The notes under the pieces were generated by a model. It had not been told where the DNA came from. It saw only the letters and a list, made by a program, of their open reading frames with translations, and searched no databases. A stretch of 64,000 nt of DNA from Mobula hypostoma. Lineage: Eukaryota. Below are positions 40,201 through 52,367 of the stretch, piece by piece; within the stretch, counting starts at the first letter, position 1, and every line of letters starts with the position of its first letter. Where the stretch lies: NCBI RefSeq assembly GCF_963921235.1, contig NC_086097.1, positions 51,586,001 to 51,650,000 on the forward strand. The letters run 5' to 3'. Made by a program: the position numbers and the translations under genes.

Positions 40201-40760
40201 TTTCCAGTCCTCTGGCACCATGCCAGAGTCCAATGATTTTTGAAGGATCATTGCTAATGTCTTCACAATCTCCAATGCTACCTCTTTCAGAACGCTAAGG
40301 TGTTGTTCTCTGGTCTGGGTGACTTATGTACCATTAGGTCTTTCAGCTTTATGAGCACCTTCTCCCTTGTAATAGTAATTACACACACTTCTCTTCCTTC
40401 ACACACTACAACATCTGGCACACTGCTAGTGTCTTCCACAGTGAAGACTAATGCAAAGTACTCATTTAGTTCATCTGCCATCTCCTTGTCCCCCGTTATC
40501 ATTTCTCCATTCTCAATTTCTTGTGGTTCTATATCCACTCTCATCTCTCTTTCATTTTTTTCATACTTTAAAAAGCTTTTACTATCCACTTTGATATTGT
40601 GACTCATCTTATTTATGCGTGATTCATCTGCAGATTTTATCCTTACCTTCATAAGTCATCGTGTGTTATGTGTTTTACGCCCTGGTTTGAAGAAACATTG
40701 TCTCATTTCTATATACATTATATACATATATGTAGTTAACTGAGAATAAACCTCACTTGC
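37270..40760 (+). mobile_element. Rex1-type LINE (APE, internal deletion near 37750, RT) whose 3' UTR is split by a CR1 insertion
   Basis: IIAGDFNH...[26 protein letters not shown]...KFADDTTVV; 3' UTR resumes at about 40616 and ends GAATAAACCTCACTTG. Confidence 0.85.
38798..40608 (-). mobile_element. CR1 LINE, 5'-truncated
   Basis: GVPQGSVLGP...RFADDTKIGG; NYRPVSLTSVVGKIL; probable TSD TTATTTA at 38791-38797 and 40609-40615. Confidence 0.9.
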
Positions 40761-42496
40761 CACTGATGTCAGACAAAATTGTCTTTTTATAAGGGATCAG
40801 CATCTTATAACAAGAAGGAGTCAATTACAAGTAGAAACTTCATTTATCCTGCATTTTCTGACTGCCTTTAAGAAGTAGAAAGGAGATGGAGATTCATCCC
40901 GCTTTCATTTTTCAGTCTATTCAATTGTGCAGTTGTTGACATAAAATCTAGCCCTAAGTCGGCTGTTTGGCAAAGACTGCTTAGCTCAATACTCTACCAT
41001 TCTTTATGCTTGTGAACTTGTTTCTAAAGTGCATGAACTAAACTAGAATCATAGCGCATTCACTGAGATAGAAAAGATAGAGAAGAAATTCTTTTAGCCA
41101 TTCACTGGTCAGCCAATCAACTAGTATCATTTTAACTATTTCGTCAATATTGAATTTCACCCTTCTCTCCTTTTGAAGGGGTAATACCCGTGCAATGAAG
41201 AGAGTTTTTAATTTGTTTTTTTTTGTTTCTACAAGCAATTATTATTAAGAACTTGTTTAGCATTTGAAAAACAGAGGAAGAGGTATAATAAAATTCTCTA
41301 TTTTCTTCAGTACATGACTTTCCTTTTGGTTAGTGACATTTCATGCATGATCCCTCTCTAACTCTGCTCAAGGAATTGTCAATTTGCTGCATCATTAATT
41401 TTCCTAATTTAACATTTTTGGTGATTTTTAATTAACATTTTTGTGGAGGCAAGCTGGAATTATACTCTCAGTGGGGTATTAGAGTGCTTTCAATGTTTTT
41501 GAACAAATTTTGAATCAATTATTCACATTTAATCTGAGATTAATTGCTACCCTGAATGATCCTTTTTCTCTGTTTATTATTGATATGTATTATTTCAAAT
41601 ACCACCAGACAAGAATAATGAGATTTTAAAAAAATGTGACAATTAAAGAATATGAGAGAAAAATGAGGCATCACCTAGAAGCTAAGCTTCTCTGCATGTA
41701 CCAATAAACATCCACTTCATGGTAATTTGCAGTTCAGTCAAGCACTCATGCACCACCACATAGATATGTGTTGTAAGCATATCTCAAACAGCTAACAAAT
41801 AACATAGGCTGTGTAGCTCATCTCAAATGATTTCATGACTTTATATTGCCTTGGATATCTGAGACTTGAAATTACAAGCTCAGTGAATTCTTACGTAGGG
41901 TAGCTCAACAGACTTCCATCTCAGAGGCACAAGAGTTTGAAAAAGGTACAACTTGGGACTGGCTGGTGAGTTTCACTTAACAGAATCCTGAAGGAAATAT
42001 ATTGGCAAATTGTTGGTCAATGGTCGGTTCGCTAATAAGCTAATTTACAGTGGTTAATAAGATAAGTATGGCCAAGCAGAGCAGCCATTTTGAAAGGTGC
42101 TGCTATCTTGTCAAAGTGTTGCTAGTTGTGCAAATGCGCCTTTGGGCTTTGGTGAGGGTGGGCCCTTTCTTGTTTCAAGAGCTTGTTAGTCATGCCCAGG
42201 TGTGCTCAGACCTATGTCATGCTCCTCCTGTGCAATGTGGGAACTTGGAGGAGCTGTGAGAGTCCAGCCCACGTGATGGGACTGAAGCTGCACATGGACT
42301 CTCTTCGGAACGTCCGTGACACTGAAGATGTCGTGGGTAATGCATTTAGTGAATTGCTCACACTGCAGCTTAGGAGCCCAAGGAAAGAGAATGAATCAAA
42401 TGGTCACCTCCCTCCAAATCAGAATAGAATCAGGTTTATTATCACTGACATATGTTGTGGAGTTTGTTGTTTTACAGTGCACTACATAATGCACGG

Positions 42497-43356
42497 TCAC
42501 GCACTTTGGTAGTAGAAATAAATGTGGGGACTATTTTCTAAACAGGGAGAAAATCCAGGACTCTGAGATGCAGAGGGACTTGGGAGTCTTTGTGCAGAAC
42601 AACCTGAAGGTTAAGTTGCAGGCTGAGTCGGTGGTGAGGAAGGCAAATGCAATGTTAGCATTCATTTCAAGAGGTCTAAAATACAAGAGCAAGGATGTGA
42701 TGCTGAGGCTTTATGAGGCACTGGTGAGACCTCACCTTGAGTATTATGAACAGTTTTGGGCCCCTCATCTTAGAAAAGTTGTCCTGGCATTGGAGAGGGT
42801 CCAGAGGAGGTTCACAAGGATGATTCCAGGAATGAAAGGGTTATCATACGAGGAACATTTTTCGGCTCTGGGTCTGTATTCACTGGAATTCAGAAGAATG
42901 AAGGGAGGGTCTCATTGAAGCCTTTTGAATGTTGAAAGGCCTAGACAGAGTAGATGTGGAAAGGATGTTTCCCATGGTGGGAAGTTTAGGACAAGAGGGT
43001 ACAGCCTCAGGATAGAGGGGCGCCCTTTCAAAACAGAGATGTGGAGAAATTTCTTTAGCCAAAGGGTGGTGAATTTGTGGAATTTGTGGTCACATGCAGC
43101 TGTGGAGGCCAGGTCGCTGGATGTATTTAAGGCAGAGATTGAAAGGTTCTTGATTGGACATAACGTCAAAGGTTACAGGGAGAAGGCCGCAAATTAGATT
43201 AGATTAGATTATGAGGACACTCAGTCCTCGTTTATTGTCACTTAGAAATGCATGCATTAATTGGGGTTGAGGAGGAGGTAGAAAAAAAGATCAGCCTTGA
43301 TTGAATGGCGGAGCAGACTCAATGGGCTTGATGGCCTAATTCTGCTCCTATGTCTT
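42497..43356 (+). mobile_element. Younger CR1 3' fragment inserted in a Rex1 tail, itself carrying a short Rex1-like tail at about 43194-43260
   Basis: ORFs 42568 and 42925 (LRLYEALVRPHLEY, FFSQRVVNLWN). Confidence 0.85.
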
Positions 43357-44526
43357 ATAGTCTTATAATAATTATAATAAGAATATTAAATAAGTAGTGC
43401 AGAATAGTGAGGTATGCTGCGTTGGACACTGTTGCAGGAGATTGCTCATCAGGAGAAGGCAGCAGGAGCCAAGGTCCTGGCACTATGAGTGGCTCTGCTG
43501 CACAAGAGGGTAGGAAAAGAATGGCAGAGCCATGGTGGTAAGGGATTCCATGGTAAAGGGAGCAGACATGAACTTCTGTGGCCGCAAACTGGATTCCCAG
43601 TTGGTGTGTCGTCTCTCGACTGTAAGGGATTTGGAAGCAGCAGCAGTGCATTCTAGAATGGGAGGATGAGCAGCCAGTTGTTGTGATAGGTACCAACGAG
43701 ATAGGGGAAAGAGCAAAATGAGGTCCTACAAGCAGAATTTAGGGAGCTAAATATAATCTCAAAGGTAATAATGTCACGATTGCTACTTGTGCCATGTGCT
43801 AATGAGAGTCGAAACAACAGAATAGTTAGGATCATTATGTATCTTGAGCAGTGGTGGAAGAGAAAGGGTTTCATATTTTTGAAACATTGGAACTGGTTCT
43901 GGCCAAGGTGGGATCCTTACAGACAAGATGGTCCACACTTGGTTAGGACTGGGATCAATGTCCTCGGGGATTGTTTGCTAGCCGTTGAGGAGGGTTTAAA
44001 CTAATATGGCAGGGGAGGAAGAAAGAAGCAATTCAGCGACCAAAGTACAAAGGAAAGAAAAGTTACTAGATTCTATAAGGACACTAAGTGTTGTGGCACT
44101 TTATCTAAATGTCTATAGCATTCAAAACAAGTTCAGTAAACTTGTAGCACAAATCAGTACAAAGGAATATGACTTAGTGGCCATTACAGAAACATAATTG
44201 GGATTTAGATATACAAGGCTATCAGGAATACAGAAGAATAGGCAGGAAAGTAAGGGAGGCGAGGGCAATGCCCTTAATTAAAGATGAAATCAGGGCCATA
44301 CTGAGAGATGATATAAGATCTAAGGAGCAGAATGTTGATTCAATCGGAATAGAGACCAAGAATAGAAAAGGGAAAAAAAGAATCACTGGTGGGATTTGTC
44401 TAGGCCTCCAAATAATAACATTGCAGTGGCATGAGCAGTAAGCCAAGAAATGTCAGATGCGTGACAGAATGGAATGGCAGTTGTCATGGGGGCGTTTAAC
44501 ATGCACAAAGATTAGATGAATCAAGT

Positions 44527-45569
44527 TGGTATCCTCCACAATATCCATCAGCACAGGAGATCCACAGGGACTTGTACTCAGTCCCCTACTCTACTCACTT
44601 TACACCTATGACTATGTGGCTAAGTACAGCTCCAACACCATATACAAGTTTGCTGATGACACCACTGTTGTGGGCTGTATCAAAGGGGGTGATGAATCAG
44701 CATACAGGAGAGAGATTGAAAACTTGGCTGACTGGCTTGATTGACAATAACCTCCCACTCAATGTCAATAAGACCAAGGAACTAATTGTAGACTTCAGAA
44801 GAGGGAAACCAGAAGTCCATGAGCCAGTAACCATCGGTGGACCAGAGGTGGGAGAGGGTCAGTAACTTTAAATTTCTGGGTGTCACTATCTCAGGGACCC
44901 GTCCTGGACCCATCATATAAATATTATTGCGAAGAAAGTACAACAGTACCTCTACTTCCTCAGGAGTCTGCAGAGATTCAACAAGTCATCGACAACCTTG
45001 GCAAACTTCTATAGATGTGTGGTGGAAAGTGTGCTGACTGGTTGCATTATGACCTGAATTGGAACACCAATGCCTTTGAGTGGAAAATCCTACAAAAAGT
45101 AGTGGATTTGGCCCAGTATATCATGGGTAAAACCCTCCCAACCATTGAGCACATCTACATGAAACATTGCTGTAGAAAAGCAGCATCCATCATCAAAGAT
45201 CCTCACCACCCAGGCCATGCTCTTTTCTCTCTACTGCCATCAGGTAGAAGGTACAGGTGCCTCAGGACTTGCACCACCAGGTTCAAGAACAGTTACTACC
45301 CCTCAACCATTAGGCTCTTGAACAAAAGGGGATAGCTACACTCATTTATGGACTCTGTAATATTGTTATTTCATGTTCGTTATTTATTGCTATTTATTTA
45401 TATCTGCATTTGCACAGTTTGTCTGCAGCTAACTGTTCCTGATGTCCACAGTTTACAGTTACTGTTCTATAGATTTGCTAAGTATGCCCGCAGAAAAAGG
45501 ATCTCAGGTTTGTAAGTGGTGACATGTATGTACTCTGATAATACATTTTACTTTGAACTTTGAACTTTG
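44527..45569 (+). mobile_element. Rex1-type LINE, 5'-truncated
   Basis: [21 protein letters not shown]...[22 protein letters not shown]; tail ACTTTGAACTTTGAACTTTG. Confidence 0.9.
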
Positions 45570-47660
45570 GTTGAGGCAGACTTGAGAAGGACTTCATAGA
45601 ATGCATTCGTGATAGCTTTCTTGGACAGCATGTTACTGACCTAAAAATTAAGCGTTGCCCTGTGCAATGAGCCAGATAAAATTAATGATCTTATAGTTAG
45701 CGATCACTTTGCAAAGAGTGATACAATACGATTAACTTTCTCACCGAGGTTGCAATATTTTGATCTAAAATCAATGTATTATGCCTAAACAGAGAGACTA
45801 CAATGGGATGAGAGAGGAGAGAGGAGGTGGCTCTCTCTGGCAACGCGGACCATATGGTGGGACATTGTTGGAACAGTGGAAGTCTTTCAAAGGTTTTTTA
45901 TTGCTCTGTGGAAGTATATTCCAGTTAAAAGCAAAGGCAGTAAGTTGTGAAGAACAAGTGTTGTCTAACTGAGAAAATAAAGAAAGGCATCAAATTAAAA
46001 GTTCATGTGTGCAGAGTTGCCAAAAGTGGTGGGAAACCAGAAGATTGGGAACACTTTAAAAAACACTAAACAATCAATAAGGAAAGAGAAGATGGATTAT
46101 GAAAATAAATTAGTACAGAATATAAAAACAAATAGTAAAAGATTTTATGAAGCAGAAAAAGATGGCTAAAATGAGCATCGGTCTCTTGCAAAATGAGAAG
46201 AGGAATTAACCTTGGGTGATATGGAAATGGCTGAGGTTTTGTACAACTATTTTGTGTCAGTCTTCACCTTGGAGTGCATGTCAAAAATGCTAAAGAGGGA
46301 TACGATAGGATGTGAAGACCGCAATACAATCACTATCATTGAAGAGGTAGTGCTGAGCAAACTAGTGGTCCTGAAGGTAGATATGTCCCCTGGGCCTGAT
46401 GTAATGCATCCCAGAGTACTGAAGGAAATGATAGAAGTTATATTTGAGGTGTCTGTGATAAGCCTATTTTTCTAATATCTTTATTTTTCCCTTTCAGTGT
46501 TCTTTTCAAGACCCTGACCTGCAGTTACACGCTGACTATGGTTCTTTGCAGGAATGGGACCCGCTCTTGAGGTTCCACCATTGGCCATTGTTGTCCGGCA
46601 TGCCAAAGGCTCAGCCTAAGAGTTCGGCTTGGATTTGGGAGCCTAGGATCTTGGGATTCTGGAGACGGGCGGATCGAGGGTTGGTGTCACGACAGGAGAC
46701 CTGTGTGTCATCAGGGGAGTCGGGTTATCTGCAACTGTGTACCTGGAGACCTGGGATCTTTGCGATCTTCAGGCACAGAGCTTGAAAAAAGTGACATAGT
46801 GGACTTTTAACATCATAAACCAGCGAGTTGTTTGTTATGTCTCCCAGCTCACTGGGAAATTCGAGACACCTCTTCCTCCCTTATTAGGGAGAGAGAGAAC
46901 CTGTGGTATGTCGAATACTGGGTGAAACGTGAAGTCTTTGGGGTAACTGTGAGTCTGTGTCTTTGCTGTTGCTTTGCTCACGCTTGAGTGCTCGGTGGTG
47001 GGTGCAGATGCCTTTTCTTTGCCAGTGAGGGGAAGGGTGATTGTTGCTCGCTGTCGCTTACACGTGGGAGAGAGGGGCATGACACACCACAGTTCCAATG
47101 ATTGCTCCAAAGAGTTGATTTCCCTATTCTGATCCTTTATTAGCAATTAGCAAACATACCATTAAGCATTATTGAGTGCTATCTCAGCAGTTAGCAAAGA
47201 TATGACTTCTGCAGTTCTAAGCTACAAACTACCCCCAAAGGAAACATTAATATGCAACATATCCCCTTTGCTTTTACCACACCCCCACTAATGTGACTAG
47301 TTACCATAATAAACAAAATAAAATCTTAGCACAGAATCCATGGTCCCTACTGTGGGTAACTATACGCCAGTTAGCTTAATGTTCTGTAGTTGGGAAAATG
47401 CATGAAGCTATTATCAAGGAAGAAATAGGTGGACATTTGGATCAAAGTGGTTGGATCATTCAGACATAGTATGCATTTAGGAAAGGAAGGTCCTGTTAGA
47501 CAAACTTACTGGAGTTTTTTGAGGATATAGTGTTTGCAGTAGATAGAGGGGAACAGTTGGATGTTGTATACTTGATTTACAGAAGGTGTTTGATAAGTTG
47601 CCATGTAACATGCCACAGAGGAGGTTCATCAGGTTGATTGCAGAGATGAAAGGGTAACCT

Positions 47661-48807
47661 CAAAATTCAAAGTAAATTTATTATCGAAGTATGTATATGT
47701 TATTAAATACAACTCTGAGATTCATTTCAACTCCTGCCTAAATACAAAAAGAAATAATAATAATAGAAAATAAATAAGCAATGAATATCGAGACCATGAG
47801 ATGAAGTGAATCCATAGGTTGTGGGAACTGTTCAGTGATGGGGCAAATGAAGTTGTACCTTCTGGTTCAGGAGCCTGATGGTTGAGGGTCCTGAACCTGG
47901 TGGAATGAGTCCTGAAGCTCCTGCACCTTCTTCCTATGGCAGCAGAGAGAGAAAAAGCATGACCTGGGTGGTGGTGGGGGGGGGGTCCCTGATGATCACA
48001 TGACCTGGGTGGTGGGGGTCCCTGATGTTGCTTTCCTGTGACAACACTCTGAGCAGATGTGCTTAGTGGTGGGGAGGGTTTTACCTGTGATGGACTGGGC
48101 CATATCCACTACTTTTTGTAGGATTTCCATTCAAGGGCATTGGTATTTCCATGCCAGACTGTGATGCAGCCCGTCAATATACTCTCCACCACACATCTAT
48201 AGAAGTTAGTCAAAGTTATAGAAGACACGCCAAATCTTCGCAAACCGACAAGGAAGCAAAGGTGCCACCATTCTCCCTTTGTAATAGAACTTATGTGCTT
48301 GCCCCAGGACAGGTCTTCTGAAATGGTAACACTGAGAAATTTGAAGTTGCTGATCTTCTCCACTTTTTATCCCCCGATGAGGACTGGTTCATGAAATTCC
48401 AATTTCCTCCCCTGAAGTTAATAATCAGTTCCTTGGTCTTGCTGACACCGAGCAAGTGGTTTTTGTTGTGGCACCACTCAGCCTGATTTTCAATCTCCCT
48501 CTCATATGCTGATCTGTCACCATTTTGATTCGGCCTAGATCAGTAGTGTTGTCAGCAAACTTGAATATGCATTGGTTCTGTACTTAGCCACACAGTTATA
48601 AATGTAAAGTGAGTAGAGCAGAGTGCTAAGCACACAGTGTTATGGTGCTTCTGTGCTGTTGGAGATTGTAGAGGAGATGCTGTTGCTAATCCAAACTGAC
48701 TGGGGTCTTCAGGTAAGGAAATAGAGGATCCAATTGCACAAGGAGGTATTGAGGTCAAGGTCCTGGAGCTTATTGATTAGTTTTGAGGGGATGATAAAAT
48801 TGAATGC
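47661..48807 (-). mobile_element. Rex1-type LINE fragment
   Basis: FKFLSVTISEDLSW...FYRCVVESILTGCITVW; tail CAAAATTCAAAGTAAATTTATT. Confidence 0.85.
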
Positions 48808-49169
48808 CTATGGGGAGAGGAGAGATTGAGTTGCAAGGGACAATACTTGCTGGAATTCAGAAGAATGAGAGGGAATCTTATAGAAACACAGAGTTATGAA
48901 AAGGATAGAAAAGATAGAGGCAGGAAACGTTCCCCCCCCCCCCCCACTGGTAGGTGAGACTAGAACTAGGGGACATAGCCTCAAGATTCTGGGGAATAGA
49001 TTTAGGACAGAAATGATATCAAATTTTATGTAGTAGGGGTATTAAAGATTGGGGGTGGGAAGCAGGGAAGTGGAGCTTGTCCACAGCCAGATCAGACATG
49101 ATCTTCTTCAAGTTCAAGTTTATTGTCGTCTGACAGTAAATATATACAACCAAACAAAACAATGTTCCA

Positions 49170-51959
49170 ACAGGAAGGGCTTTGGGTTTCCCATCAGCCA
49201 ATGTCTCCCTCCCTCCAAGGCCTAGTTGACGGCAAGTAGCTCTCTGTTTCCTACCCCTTAACAGTGCTGTGTGGAGTTGAACTTGCATGAGAAGAAGGTA
49301 CAAAGGTGTCCTCCTGCCCAGTCCTTGCTAAGAGGGAATGGCCCTAGCACCTGTGTCATGTGCATCTACCTTTACCACAAAAGGTCCAGAGGTGTTTGGA
49401 TGGCAGAGAATGAAAGCAGTGGTGAAATTGAGCTTTTCGAAAGCGTGGTCTTCGCCAGCAGACTATGTTATCTGTGAGGTAGGTGATTTCCTGAGGGAAG
49501 TGGCAGGAGTGATGATTTGGCTGTATTTCCTGATGAAATGGTGGTAGACGTTGGAGAAGACAAAGACGTGCTGTAGCTGTTTGAGGGAGTACAGTTGGGG
49601 CCATTCAATGACAGCGCACACATTCTCTGGGTTCCTCTAGGTGCCTTGGGATTATAGGACGTAACCCAGGAAGAATTGACTGGGTGTGGAACTCATATTT
49701 CTCCAACTTGCAGCAGAGTTGGTTTTTGAGGAGACACTGAAGGATTGAACAGACATGATAGACGTAGCCTAGGGGTCCTTGGAGAAGATGAGGATACCGT
49801 CGAGGTGGATGAACACATACCTGTGTAGTCTCTATCAGAAGATCTTGTTGATGAAGACTTGGAAAATGGCTGTACTGTTGGAGAGTTAGAAGAGCATCAC
49901 CAGGAATTCACAGTGGCCAGTGTGTGCGATGAATGCCATTTTCCACTCAACCTCCTCTGGTTGCAGATCAGGTTAGATGTGCTCTGTAGATCCACTTTGG
50001 TGAAGATCTGGGCACTGCGGAGTGTGTTGAATGCGCTACCCATCAAGAGAGGGTAGAGGTTCTTAATGTGATTTTGTTGAGTCCACAATAGTTGATGCAT
50101 CCACAGAGACTTCCATCTGTTTTTTGACAAAGAAGAATCCTGCACCAGCTGGAGAGTGGAATGGTCAATTGAAGCCGTGCTGTAGTGCTTCAGCAATGTA
50201 GTCCTTCATGGCCTGGCTCTCAGGAGGGGAGAGAGAGAACAGACATCCTCAGGAAGGGGTGGTGTCAGGAGGAGGACGATCACACAGTTGTGTGGTCTGT
50301 GAGGTAGCAGGGTGCAGGCAATGGCTAAGTTGTGATTTAACTGTGTGAGTTTGGTGAGGTCGAGAATTTCCTCTGTCTCCACAACTTTTTGGGGTGAAGG
50401 GAGCTGAGGTTGTAGGTGGACTGCACTGGATGACCAGGCAAAGTGAGGGTTATGAGTGGAGAGCCAGGAGTAACCCAAGATGAGAGAATCATTGAGTGAG
50501 TCAATACGGAGGAATTGGACGGATTCACAGTGCTCTCCAATGCTCACGTGCACAGGAGGTGTCAGTGCTCTGACCATCTTGGATCTCAAAGGACATCTGT
50601 CAATGGCTGTGATGCAGAAAGCCATTCAGTAGGGAGTCCAAGCTCCACACACAGTCCAGAAATTTGCCTGCTGCAGCGGAATCCACTGGAGCCTCCAGTG
50701 TGCGTAGAGCCATCGCGACGTGGAGCAAGACAGAGAGCTATGGTGTTGGAACGAGAGGCTGGCAGGAGCTTACCAGATAGAAGGCTCCTCATCTCTACCT
50801 GGGTAACTGGCGGCTCTGTAGTAAGTGCATAAGTTGCTTCTTCACTGATATTCACACTCTTGGGTTAAGGGAACACTTCCTAACTGCATGTGTCCTAGAG
50901 GCATTCGAGATGAGGGTCTTGCAGCCTGAAATTGTTCTGGGAATGGAATTGGATTTCTGCCTGATGATTTAGAGAGTTTTCCCACAAGAAACTTGTCAAT
51001 TAGGAGGGCCAGATTATTGAGGCTTTTGAGGTTGGTAAACATTTCCCAGGTAGACAGCTCATCTTTCAAGCACTCTGAGAGACTGTGATGATAATGGGTC
51101 ATCAGCACTTTGACATTCCAGCCACACTCCACCACAAGGGTCCTGGATTTCATAGCGTAATCCTGCACCAAAGTATCTAATCCACTGCCCGTCTTCCATT
51201 TCTCAGATAGTCGAAAACACGGTGCATCTCAGTAGTGAATTCCACATATTTATTGTAAATGGTTGTTTCATTGCCCCATTTAGCGGCGGCTCAGGTCAGA
51301 ACTCGTCCCATCAGTAGTAAAAGGCGATGAAGGCAATCCTGGCTCGGTCCGTAGAATACAGAGATGGCTGGAGCTCGAAGTCCAAGGCACATGGTGACAG
51401 GAAGTTGTAGTGTCAGGTTGGAGATCCATCAAAGCGTTCAGGCACTGGAATCTAGAGCTCAGAGCGAAGAGGTTAACTGTTGCAGGGTTTCTGTATCATA
51501 ACGGAGAGTTAGAAGATTGTGGCAAACAGATGATCAATAGTTTCCTGCTACTTCTGGATTATGTGCTCACATCAATGGATGACTTACCTTAGGTGAGCAT
51601 ACTCTGCTGGGTCAATTATTGGTTCAGTTATTCTGTCAGGAAATGTAGAGCAGGCTTGACCCAAACACAGAGCAGCAGAGATGATTCAGCAGTGAGCAAC
51701 AACTTGAATCATGAATTACAAAATGACAAGCCATGAGGGACCACAATACAAGAGAGAACAGATACTTAACCCAGAAAGGCATCAAGGTAACTGAAGGCTA
51801 GGAGCAACTGGTTGAAGCCTGCTGGTTCAGTGGGTGAACAAGGACTGTGGATGAGATCTGGGTTTAAATAGGCTGCAGGTGATGAGTTGGAAATGAGTGG
51901 CAGGAGACTCCTGTTAGCCTGGTAAAGACTGGGAGGAGCCTGCTTGCGTTGGCCTGACA
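49170..51959 (-). mobile_element. Decayed Ty3/Gypsy LTR retrotransposon (Sushi-like): 5' LTR, gag, protease, RT and partial RNase H; integrase and 3' LTR missing
   Basis: gag VQDYAMKSRTLVVECGWN...SECLKDEL; protease PVDSAAAGKFL; RT AGAGFFFVKK, AQIFTKVDL, FIHLDGILIFS. Confidence 0.88.
51634..51959 (-). repeat. 326-bp 5' LTR of the Gypsy element
   Basis: Terminal inverted TGTCAGG...CCTGACA; TATTTAAA on the minus strand near 51865; followed by a decayed gag start (ATT)GACCCAGCAGAG, i.e. (M)DPAE. Confidence 0.85.
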
Positions 51960-52367
51960 CCAGGTGGCCTACTCCTGCTCTTATTTCTTATATCCTATAA
52001 AAATAGCTGATGATCGGAAGGTGGAGCTTCTCTGGTGATTTATAAAGTCGTTGTTCTAAGCAAGGAGTGTTATTTGGCTCAGGTTATCTTTATCACTATT
52101 AATGCTGTTCAGTGTAGTGCATGTTTTATGTAATAATTTTAGCTAACAATGAAACTATTACATAAATATGCACTACACTGACCTTTGACTAATTATTTTA
52201 TGTTATATGAGAGACAATGGCAGCAGTTAAAATGAGTATATTTAAAATATTCAATATGTTAATCCAACTCCTTAGGCCTTTATGTTCAACAACCATCCAT
52301 CCTTACATTGGAAGTTTAGCTATACCATTTATATTGGTTCTTCAATAGTTACCCTGACAGAAAACTG

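Larger units (their letters stand above)
42060..52000 (+). mobile_element. Old near-full-length CR1 acting as scaffold for many nested insertions
   Basis: Collinear pieces: ORF1 zinc finger near 42215, esterase 43410-44004, APE 44090-44525, 45570-46460, 47350-47660, 48808-49105, and tail GGCCTACTCCTGCTC near 51966. Confidence 0.7.

Noticed and set aside
47958..48027. ~40-bp G-rich tandem duplication
   Set aside because: Local slippage inside a decayed Rex1; no sign of function.
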